From NCBI RefSeq assembly GCF_030144855.1, contig NC_082714.1, positions 94,798,001 through 94,862,000 on the forward strand: a stretch of DNA of 64,000 nt. Direction: 5' to 3'. The stretch's first letter is position 1; every line of letters starts with the position of its first letter. Positions 13,736 through 24,084 of the stretch are shown here, one piece after another. The DNA is from Hypanus sabinus (taxonomy: Eukaryota). Below the pieces are notes generated by a model, which was not told the origin of the DNA, searched no databases, and saw nothing but the letters and a program-made list of their open reading frames with translations. Position numbers and translations under genes: made by a program.

Positions 13736-14639
13736 GAATTGCAATTTTACAGTCACTTCATCATTTTCATCGTTTGTAACAGCAAATGTCAATTTTTGCA
13801 AACGAATATTTCAAAGATTTAGTTACACAATTTCTATCTTCCAGCTAATACCGTTTCTCAGATTTTGAGTGCTTTTTTAACGTTCACAATAACTCATACA
13901 TACCAACACCCTCCACACACACCCACCCCCCAGGGCATGTTACCGCGCCACCTGCATCGGATCACAAACAAAGTAGAAGCAGCATTGATTTGATTAAATG
14001 TCGCTAAATAAAGGCTGTGCCAACACCGCCCCGGTCCCCGTGGGACATGACAAAGTTCACAGCTGCATCAGCATTATTTACAGATAAATACTGTTCGACC
14101 ATGTGAACCACTATGAGGGAGGGGTTAACTGGACTGACCAGTGTCTGACGGTCAGGACTGGATCGAATGAAAAGGAACTTGTCCCAGGTCATTAATGACA
14201 TGTTTTCGAGATTCCAATCCCGTCTCCCATAACCCAATGAGAGGGGATCTTTGGAAAAAAAAGCATTACACAACACAAAACTGCAGGATATTTCACAAAT
14301 AAAAATAAGGCAAGGTGCTTCCTAGTGCTGTCATTAGACAAATTTTGATACCGAATCACACGAGCCGAGCATTTGTTTGGAAGAAATTTTTTATCATTCA
14401 TTGCACAGTATGCAACCGTCTGTGGTCAGGTGGTGTTGGAATGCAGGGTGGGTGGGGATGAACTAAACCATGGACAAGAGAATCGAAAGGGGTGATGTCG
14501 CACACAGGGCCCACTGTCAGTGACATCGATCATTAGTGTGAGGATAAGTATCAGAATCAGTTTTAATATCAGTGTCTGATGCCGTAGAATGTGATGCTTT
14601 GCGGCAAGGTTCAGTACAGTTAAGGGCAATACGTAGGAA

Positions 14640-14785
14640 CAATTATAAGTATCTAATACATACTATCGCAAATGTATTCAAATTAAAATAATATATAAAT
14701 GTGTATATTAGATATATTAAATTATAATATGAAATATATACAAAAAACGTAAATGTTCTATTATATTTATAATTCTATAAATAAG
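14640..14785. repeat. AT-rich low-complexity tract
   Basis: Degenerate (TA)n/ATTA runs. The paralog is at ~53320-53520. Confidence 0.7.
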
Positions 14786-14789
14786 TGGT

Positions 14790-15040
14790 ACAAAAGACAA
14801 CGATTTTTAAAAAAACGAGACCGTGTTCAGGGTCCGTTTGGGAATCTAATTGCAAGGTGGGAATAGCTGCTTTTTATGGTAAGTATTTATCTTCAGGCTC
14901 CTGGACATCCTCTCCGATGGTAGTAATGAGAAGAGATCATGTCTTGGGTGATGGGGGTCCTTCATGATCGATGCCCCCTTTTTGAAACAACTTTGCACAT
15001 ACTGCCTCGCCAGACGGGCAAAGCACAGGGCCGTCGAGAG
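14790..15040 (-). mobile_element. Rex1/Babar 3' fragment
   Basis: KKGASIMKDPHHPRHDLFSLLPSERMSRSLK matches the Rex1-type ORF C-terminus. The paralog is at ~53540-53760. Confidence 0.7.
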
Positions 15041-16629
15041 AGTGTGAGAGAAATGGTTCATCTCCGGTGCTTGCGATTCTGCAGAACAGCGGGTAATACA
15101 GGCTCCGTGGACTCGTCAAAACCACTCTGAATCCAGAGTGGTCTGACCCAGCAGAAGGCAGGAGAGTGAATATGAAGAAAACAGGTACATTAGCGACAAA
15201 TAGTGGGAACCCAAGGATTACTGAATGCCACTCTGAAACCACGCAGCGCCACGTTGATCTTAGTCTCAGCCAGATCAACTGCGTCCCAGTAAGTCCAAGC
15301 TCAACTCTACAAGTGGTGTTTCTCTCGGATAGGACAACGGTATCTCACAATACAGTGTGCAAAATGCCGGAGGAAATCAGTACGTCAGGCATCATATTTT
15401 GAAAGGAGTAATGAGTAAACGTTTCAGGCTGAGAATCTTCCTTGAAACTCCTGATGGAAGATCTCTGCCGGAAAAGTCTATATTTTATTCGCTTGGCCCT
15501 AAACATTGATTGTTTACTCATTTCCATGAATGCTTCCCGACTTGCTGAGAATTGCCAGCATTTTCCTTGTGTTAATCTGTTAATCTCTTACGTGTACATC
15601 TCAGTATTGGTTCATGGAGCCATGGTCATCGGATTCTTTACATGATATAAACTGACACAAAGACGTGTGCAATCACATAAAATGAGTTATCAGTGTTCAC
15701 AGCGTCAGAGCTTCCAAATTAAAAGTGTTTGCAGTAGGGAATACAGCAGTATGTACCATGACATTTCCTCTAGAGCTGAAGTGCGAAAAAAACTATCTCC
15801 TATATGAAACAAGCCTTGGTGTGCAGGACTGCCACTGTGGAGAGGATGCTGGCTCGATTCCGGAATCTTATTTACTGTCTAAGAGTTCATTTAAGAAGAG
15901 CAGATCAGACGCTGTTTGGACCTTTGACGGAACTTCAGGTAGGTCTCCATAAATTTGCAGAGTGCTTAATATAATTGACGTCTCTATTTGAAGATCGAGA
16001 AAGACAATCGTGCAAATGCCAAGTCGTGTGTGAGAGGATAAAGAAAGGATTATAAAACTCCTCAGAGAATGCTTAGATGCTTAGAGTATGAAGGATCTGA
16101 TTAAAATAAAAACAACGTGTCATAGAGTCAGAGAGCACGACAGCACAGAACAGGCCCTTAATCCCATCTAGTCCATGCCGAACTATTAACCTGTCTAGTC
16201 CCATCGACCTAACACTCAGCGTATTATTCTCATCTAATTAATTCTCTAAACATCTCTTAACTTTTCAAATCGGATCTTTAGCCAAATTTTCCATTGGCAG
16301 TTGGCTCACTCTCTCACCGTCCTCTGAGTGAAGACGTTACCCTACATGTTCCCCTGAAACCCTTCAACTTTCGTACTTGAACCATGACCTCTAGTTCCAG
16401 TCTCTCGCAACCTCTGGAAAGATGTCTACTTGCATTTAACCCTATCTCCACCCCGCTGGAGATGTGTGGCCTGATATGCAAGAGAGACTAGAAAAGCTTA
16501 TTGCAAGTATGGTTTTTTCAACTGCAAAAGTAGACATTGATAAATTTCGGGCTGAGAATGGATACATTAGAAAGCAGAAATAAAAACAGCCATGAAATTA
16601 TCGAAATATACAAGGAGAAACATAGAGAT

Positions 16630-17140
16630 ATAGAAAACCTACAGCTTAATACAGGCCTTTCGGCCCAGAGCTAAACTGAACACGCCCTTACCTTAGAAAA
16701 TTCTTCGGGTTACCCATTACCGTCCATTTTTCTAAACTCCATGAACCAGTCCAAAAGTCTCCTAAAAGACCCTATTGTTTCTGCCTCCACCACCGCAGCC
16801 GGCAGCCCATCCCAAGCTCCTTAAGCTGTGCCCTCTCGTATTAGGCATTTCAACCTTGGGAAAAAGCCTCTGACTATCCACACGATCAATGCCTTTCAAC
16901 AGTGTACACATCTCTAGCATGTCATCTCTCATCCTCCGTCGCTCCAAGCAGAAAAGATCAGGTTCGCTCAACCTAATCTCATAAACCATGCTCCATAATC
17001 CAGGCAACATCCTTGTAAATCTCCTCTGCACCATTTCAATAGTTTCCACATCCTCCCTATAGTGGGGTGACCAGAATTTAGCACAATACTCCAAGTGGGG
17101 TCTGTGCATGTTTCTATATTGATGTAACATTATAAACATG
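16630..17140 (-). mobile_element. Fused CR1 3' fragments
   Basis: RPHLEYCAKFWSPHYREDVETIEMVQRRFTRMLPG, followed by a CR1 tail. A hybrid of the two fragments seen at 59580-60680 and 61170-61700. Confidence 0.85.
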
Positions 17141-18186
17141 TAAGTCGGGAGGGAAAGGAAAGTGAGAGTGAGACGGACAGAGAGACAGAGAGGGAAAGAG
17201 AGCCAGAACTACAAAACTTGGATAAGGGGTAGAGCGTCAGAGTCCAATAATGAAAAACATGCCCTTGCCTTATTTTTCAATGACCCACATGTTAACCCTG
17301 TGGAAAAGGGAGTGTAGCTTAGAGTAGTAGTGAGGGATCAGTCCATTTGGTTAGGATATTCTTGTTTGACCAATGTATCGGGAAATTGCTCCAGAGAACC
17401 GAGCGTTTTTCTTGAAAAAACTTCGGCTTGCCTTTTCTATCATCAGATACGTGTTCAGGCTCCTGAGCCAGGGTAAATACTTTCACACATTTAACACTTT
17501 CAATGACTCTACAACTGATGTTGTTTATTAATTTATTTATTCGTCCATCTATCAATTTGTTTGTATATTTGTTGTTACTGAACAACTTGTCTTCTTCCGC
17601 ACAATCTAGATCAATTGTGTTTCTAAGTATCTACTGCGAATGCCTGCAGGAAAATGAATCTTACCATAGTATATGGTAACATACACATACTTTTACAATT
17701 AACATATTTTGAATGTTCAACTTTATGATCCCAAACTTTGGGTCGCCTTCTATTTACATAACGTAATTTAATCAATCCAGTGCCTACTGTTTAACAGTCA
17801 CTGTATGTTGATGGCGAAGGGATCGTCAAGATGGGGGAATGTTTGGTATTGTGTGGATTTGATAATTGTGATCTTAAACGGTTTAGATCTCAATAATTAT
17901 TGGGGCAGAATCGATGGAGCCGACTGCTTTCTGTTGTTACAGACAACATCTGCCGATATAGACATCTAAAATCAGTTTCAACTGAGTCTTTACTAACTTC
18001 TACAGGACTGTATATGTGACACAAATGAAACTGAAACAATTTGGAAGTGAGAAGTTAAGGTTTTGAAGATAAGTGAGGTCGCGATTCTCAGATTCCAACA
18101 GTCGGGCGGTCTGTCTCCGCCCCATCCTTTCCCTGGCACTTCCCACTCATGAACATCCCGGTTAATAAACAGACCAGGGGCCGTCG

Positions 18187-18194
18187 GTTTGCAG
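18187..18194 (+). promoter_or_regulatory. Possible degenerate Ig octamer (GTTTGCAG vs ATTTGCAT)
   Basis: About 80 bp upstream of the leader ATG and conserved at 62798-62805. It has two mismatches to the octamer, so support is weak. Confidence 0.3.
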
Positions 18195-18270
18195 AAGCTG
18201 AAACCGGAGTCGCTCCCTGTCTTTGTAGAACAGTGCACGAGTCGGTCGAAACATTGCTCTATCCGTAATA

Positions 18271-18319
18271 ATGTCCCGTGTGCTGCCTCTCCTCTGGGCT
18301 CTACTGGTCCACTTATCAG
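18271..18319 (+). CDS. IgL: IgL copy A leader exon (MSRVLPLLWALLVHLS-G)
   Basis: Hydrophobic signal peptide, donor gtgagt at 18320, acceptor tttcatcgcag ending at 18412. Confidence 0.93.
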
Positions 18320-18412
18320 GTGAGTGTCTCATTGCTTGTAAATTGCGATTGCCGCTGATTTTCTAGCGCGTATCTAGCGCGTTCAGACTTCACTTACTCT
18401 GTTTCATCGCAG

Positions 18413-18772
18413 GTATCCTCGCGGTCCCAGTTCTCAATCAGACATCAATGTCCGGTCCTGTCTCCGCGGGACAAACGGCTCGCTTGGAGTGTCGGATGCA
18501 GAGCAGAAAGGTTGGAAGTTACTACATGCACTGGTATCGACAGCGTCCCGGGGAGAAACCGGAGGGGTTGATTAGGCACGATCCAGTGGGTGATGATGAT
18601 ATACACCGAGGGAATGGGATCACAGACCGTTTCCAACCATCCAGAGACACTTCCAGCAACATTCACATCCTGACCATCGGCAGCTTCGAGATCCGGGACG
18701 CCGCTGTTTATTACTGTGCAGCGTGGGATAATGCACTTATTGTAGGTCCAGGCTCCATCCTGGATATAAAGA
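18413..18772 (+). CDS. IgL: IgL copy A pre-joined VJ exon, in frame
   Basis: GILAVPVLNQ...LECRMQ...MHWYRQRPG...DRFQPSRDTSS...DAAVYYCAAWDNALIVGPGSILDIK has the canonical Cys/Trp/YYC. No heptamer or nonamer lies between V and J. Donor gtaagt at 18773. Confidence 0.95.
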
Positions 18773-19952
18773 GTAAGTGACTCGCTCTTTCCGTTACTAG
18801 GAATTCACATCATATTACCTCCTATTTTCCACAGCTGTGGCAAAGAATAATGATGCCATCTCTATGCTGTTGGGGTGTTTGACCTGCTTCGGATAGGAAT
18901 AAGAGCCCATTCGGTCCCTCTAATCAGCCATTATTCAATTTCATGACACTTATGCACGAGGTAAATACAGCCATTCGAAAGCACGGTCTGGGGTGGTGAT
19001 TGACCAGATCGATCAAGTATTTTCCCCATTTATCGTCGGACCAATGTCCAGTATTGCCGGAATCAGAACCGGTCTTACCCAATCCGCAAGATGAGGTCAC
19101 AAAAGGACACGAACAAGTAAGGAAAACTGCAGATATTTTAAGGGATATTGCAGAACAAACTGCTAGAAAGCTAGCGGTCTGGTCAGAGGGAGGAGTGCGA
19201 AAGGTTGGGTTTACAGCTGTCCGGCAGGTAATCACGGTCTGATCTGGACTGTTCTTGTATCCTCAATTCTGTCCTGCTCACGGGCCCACTCTTCTTTTCC
19301 GCCATTTCCTCTGCTATCACTGGGCGAGGAGATTTGAATATTCTGAAGTACACAAAATGGTTGGGAGAGGCGAATTAAATATCTGGTAGTGACCGAAATT
19401 CAATGGGGAATTCGCTCGGCACAGTGACCAGTATCAGTTGAGCACCGCATTTGCTGATAATAGTGGGGTCCGGAGTTATGGTGATTGTTTTTTGGGATCG
19501 GCATAGCTCTGCTAGAAAGGAGAGTAGGTTAGAAATCCAGAGTTTGGAGAGCTCCTTCGAGCGTAAAATGCGTCAATTCACGACCCAGTTAAGTGTCTGA
19601 AGAATTATTGGTGTCCGGCCGTAAATACGAATCTACAGAAATACCAATAACCGGGGAGAACCATATACAAGAATTGGTGAGTGTTATGAATGAGGCTCTG
19701 GCGCCAGGATTCCCAGCCCGGGAAGACAGTGGATTTTAAAGTCCACTTGGAATTTGTCATTAATCTGGAAAACTCCTTACTGACGCTTTGTTCACCGATG
19801 GAATGATTGCATCCTCGGCCACACTTTACATTCTTTGCCACAGTATTCAGTAACTTCCGAATATTCTCTGGCGGTTTTTTTTAATCCCCGAGGTACGAAA
19901 GTACACGAATTAATATTGTTTTATTCCCCTCCGTCTCCCTTCTCACACACAG

Positions 19953-20280
19953 GTAGCGAGTCCCGCAGGCCCTCGGTTCTCCTGTCCCTCCCTCTGCGGA
20001 GGAAACTGGCTAGGGTTCGGCTACTCTGTCCTGCCTGGTGAGCGGTTTTAAGCCGGGCTTTGTAGCGGTTCGCTGGAGCGTGGATAACGTGGAGACTGAG
20101 AACGGGGTGACGACGGGCACCGCGTCACCGGACACCGACCAGATCTACAGGCTGGCCAGCTACCTGCGGGTTCCTCCCGCTGCCTGGGAAAAAGGTTCCA
20201 GTTATTCCTGCAGCGTGAGACACAGCTCGCTGAGCTCGCCTCTGCGTCACACCATCTCTTCGTCGGTCTGTTCGCAGTGA
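19953..20280 (+). pseudogene. IgL: IgL copy A constant exon, disrupted
   Basis: Reconstructs to SSESRRPSVLL(L)PPSAEETG*GSATLSCLVSGFKPGFVAVRWSVD...YSCSVRHSSLSSPLRHTISSSVCSQ*, a C1-set domain that keeps the C-terminal interchain Cys. It has a frameshift and a stop near its start. Confidence 0.93.
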
Positions 20281-21288
20281 GGCCGCGCCAGTTGACAGCA
20301 CACGTGTATTGTTTCCACTGACTGGGTCTGTGTAGCCGCATTGTGTAATGTAATTGTGCATTAATATCTGCTTCTGGGAACAAACAAATGTTCAGTTATT
20401 TCAGAAACGAGCGCGATAATTGTCCGTATTTTGCGACGCATAATTCTCTTTAGATTTGTATCCACTATACTGAGTCTGATTTTTGCTGTACGTAGAATGG
20501 AGCGATCTCCCTGTGACTGTGTTATGATTGGATCTTGCGTATCGTAACTCTTAGTAAAGATGCAACTACTGGTTGGTTTTTCATGGTCTGTCTTTACTCG
20601 CGGCAAGGTGGGTGTTTGCTGGCAGAGACCGTGCCTTCTGCAAACCGAGTCACACAGAATTACGCTCAAATCCACTCAGTTCTCCTATTTCGCCCTTCGT
20701 CAATAAAGCCGATCTCTCTGTCCTGCGCTGCCCTCTTCCGTCTTCGTTAATCTTCCACCATCACAGGGAACTTCTCTTCCCTGTCGCCCTGCACATCTGC
20801 TCTTCATTTCCTACCATCACTATGTGAAGGATATCAAACTTCTCACTGTAGTTTGGCCACATGCTGCCCTTGAATGGGATAATTGCGCTGCAGGGGTGTT
20901 TAGCCAAGGTTTAGTCAAGCTCTGAACCTGAAGATATCTGTTCTCTTAGTTCCACCACAGAGGTCAAATGGTCTCCTTGTTCGCCTCGAGACCGCGTCAA
21001 ACGCCTACCGGCCGCCCAGCCCCACCACACACACACGCACACACACGAGCACACAAGTATATAATCTCCCGGGAGACTCAGCAAATTACCTTCTGTAACG
21101 TCTGAGTCTCTAAAGCCGACCCTGTTCCAATCAGGGTGAAAGTATCTGCATCATATCTTACTGTCACCCCTGAGACATGTTTTCCGATCCCGTACACAGA
21201 ACGTCCGCACGGGGATGTTTTAAAGGACTAGGCAAGTGAACATTTTAAAATAACACACAGAAACCGGAGTAGACCATTCAACGCTCTG

Positions 21289-22546
21289 TTGGAGTTTTTT
21301 GAGGGTGTAACAAGGATGTTAGATGAGGGTAAGCCAGTAGATGTTGTGTACCTAGATTTTCAGAAGGCATTCGATAAGGTGCCACATAGGAGATTGGTGA
21401 GTAAAATCAGAGCTCATGGCATTCGGGGCAGGGTTTCAACATGGATAGAAAACTGGTTGGCAGATAGAAAGCAAAGGGTAGCAGTGAATGGGTGTTTCTC
21501 AGACTGGCTGGAGGTGACTAGTGGGGTACCAGAGGGCTCTGTATTGGGACCACAGCTCTTTACGATTTATGTCAATGATTTAGATGAGGGCATTGAAAAC
21601 TATATCAGCAAGTTTGCTGATGATACTAAACTGGGTGGCAGTGTGACATGCGAAGAGGACGTTATGAGAATACAGGGAGACTTGGATAGGCTGAGTGAGT
21701 GGGCAGATACTTGGCAGATGTCATTCAATATGAATGAATGTGAAGTTATCCACTTTGGAAGCTGGAACAAGAGGGCAGAGTATTGTCTGAACGGTGTCGA
21801 GTTAGGTAAGGGAGAAATGCAAAGAGACCTAGGAGTCCTAGTTCACCAGTCAATGAAGGTGAATGAGCAAGTGCAACAGGCAGTGAAGAGGGCAAATGGA
21901 ATGTTGGCCTTTGTTACAAGGGGAATTGAATACAAGAGCAAGGATGTTCTTTTGCATTTGTACAGGGCCCTGGTGAGACCACACCTGGAATATTGTGTAC
22001 AGTTTTGGTCTCCAGGTTTAAGGAAGGACATTCTGGCAATTGAGGAAGTGCAGCGTAGATTCACTAGGTGGATTCCTGGGATGGCAGGGCTGTCTTACGC
22101 AGAGAGATTGGAGAGATTGGGCTTGTACACACTGGAATTGAGGAGATTGAGAGGGGATCTGATTGAAACGTTTAAGATAATTAAAGGATTTGATAGGATT
22201 GAGGCAGGAAATATGTTCCAGATGTTGGGAGAGTCCAGTACCAGAGGGCATGGATTGAGAATAAGAGGTCAGTTATTTAAAACAGAGTTGAGGAAGAGCT
22301 TCTTCTCCCAGAGAGCTGTGGGGGTGTGGAATGCACTGCCTCGGAAGACGGTGGAGGCCAATTCTCTGGATGCTTTCAAGAAGGAGCTGGATAGATATCT
22401 AATGGATAGGGGAATCAAGGGATATGGGGACAAGGCAGGGACTGGGTATTGATAGTGAATGATCAGCCATGATCTCAGAATGGCGGTGCAGACTCGAGGG
22501 GCCGAATGGTCTACTTCTACTATTGTCTATTGTCTATTGTCTATTG
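21289..22546 (+). mobile_element. Young 5'-truncated CR1 with an uninterrupted 387-codon RT ORF
   Basis: YLDFQKAFDKVPH, SGVPEGSVLGPQLFTIYVNDL, KFADDTK, RPHLEYCVQFWSP. 3' UTR ends in a (CTATTGT)n tail at 22520-22546. Confidence 0.93.
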
Positions 22547-24084
22547 CTTTCTTCCCACTCCATCATCCAAAATGATCAATGTGGAACTGTCCTCTCAGTT
22601 CCGGTTTCCTTTAATGGCCCACCAATTCACTGAGTATCTGAACCCGTCTCAGTCATTGGAAACTCCCCGCCAGTCAATGTGACGTTATCGGCAAAAGACA
22701 AGGTAATTTTATTATCAAAGTACAGATATGTCTACCACTTTCACATTCATTTTGTTGTGGACATTTCGAGTTTAACAAAAATACAATATACTATAGAATC
22801 CATGAAAGCCCGCAAATAAATATTTTACGTAAGTAGCTGGATGGATAGATGGACAGGTAGATGGACAAAATATACATAGATAGATAATACTGAAGACATG
22901 TGTTGTAGAGTTTTTGAAAGTGAGATCATAGGTTTTGATATCAGTTCGGAGTTGTGGTTTTTGAAGTCATTCATACTGTTCCTGCAGTCTGATGTTTGAA
23001 GGGCAATAACTGTTACTGAACCTAGTGTTGTGGGACAAACATCCCGTGTGCTAAAGTTCAAGTTCAATCCTGCCTGATTCATCGAGTGAGTTTATGGGGA
23101 GCGTGACTGAGAGGACGAGCTGCGATTGACAGGCTCGTGCACTCATAGAGAATTTAGACAGATTTCGCACAAATCATTCACTACGTGAATTGAGGGAATC
23201 TGTTAGGTTGTTTTGATGGTGGGAGGTGGGGGGAGGATTTACCGGGAAAATTGATCAACTACATCTTACAATACACGAGGAGAGGAACAGAGGGGTACAA
23301 ATGCAAGTTTATAAACAAATAAATATTTAACGGGTTTCTTTAGAAGAAGGAGCAGGTTCCAACCAGTTATGCAGTGATTGAGAGCTGCCTGAAGCTCCAT
23401 AAGTGTGTATCAATGGAAAAGGCTGAGTGGTATTTCCAGCTGGATCGGATCCCAGTTTTACAGTGGCGATTATTGCACAGGTTTGTAACCCTGACAACGT
23501 AGAAACCTGGAAACAAGAGAAATTTTGTAAATACTGTATATCCAGAGAAGCACACACATAAAATCATAGAATACTGGAGGAACAAAAAGGAATAAAGAGT
23601 CGACTTTCCATGCCCAATCTTCAGCGGAAACATTGTAAAACAGTCAATTAAATGCATCATATAATGAGAACGCACCATCCTGACCCCTTTCGTGGATGTT
23701 CAGATATAAATTTATTTTCCATATCCGTACTACCTCTACATGCCAGTTACAATGGCAATATGCAAACTAAATATTATGGTATACTGAATTAATAATTTCA
23801 CTGAGTATAAAAAGTTCAAATCTCATATTGGAAAGGTGAGCACCAGTGATGTGCTGAAGGTAGAATTTACCCATTCACCGGAATATAGTCAGTAGACAAG
23901 GTTCAACAGTTAAAACAAGCGGCGTTCACATCATTTCAGCGCCTGTTACCCGTTCTTTTGATCCCCTACAAACGGGCTTTTCCAGCATTGGGACAACTGA
24001 TCGGATGAGAAACAGCTTGCTCTCCCAAGCCGTGAGACTACTGAACTCCCTGCCACCACCCAGGTCTGTTCACTTATGAAGCGA

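Larger units (their letters stand above)
18271..20280 (+). pseudogene. IgL: Ig light chain type I (NS5/sigma-cart-like), germline-joined VJ, copy A; probable pseudogene
   Basis: Leader exon 18271-18319, VJ exon 18413-18772 and C exon 19953-20280, all with GT/AG junctions in phase 1. The C exon has a 1-nt deletion near 19985 and an in-frame TAG at 20011-20013. Confidence 0.93.

Noticed and set aside
15825-15870. ggctcgattcc as a tRNA B-box or SINE head
   Set aside because: No A-box at proper spacing and no cloverleaf or recognisable SINE body.
19130-19242. Resemblance of TARKLAVWSEGGVRQVGFAGV to an AID/APOBEC C-terminus or to a retroviral env LQNR...EGGVC motif
   Set aside because: No HxE/PCxxC and no LQNR/CX6CC. 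The similarity is too short to support either call.
19420-19460. CACAGTG heptamer in the J-C intron as a leftover RSS
   Set aside because: No ACAAAAACC-like nonamer at 12- or 23-bp spacing, and no adjacent coding segment.
20702-20707. AATAAA as the IgL polyadenylation signal
   Set aside because: It lies ~420 nt past the C stop with no supporting evidence, so it cannot be assigned.
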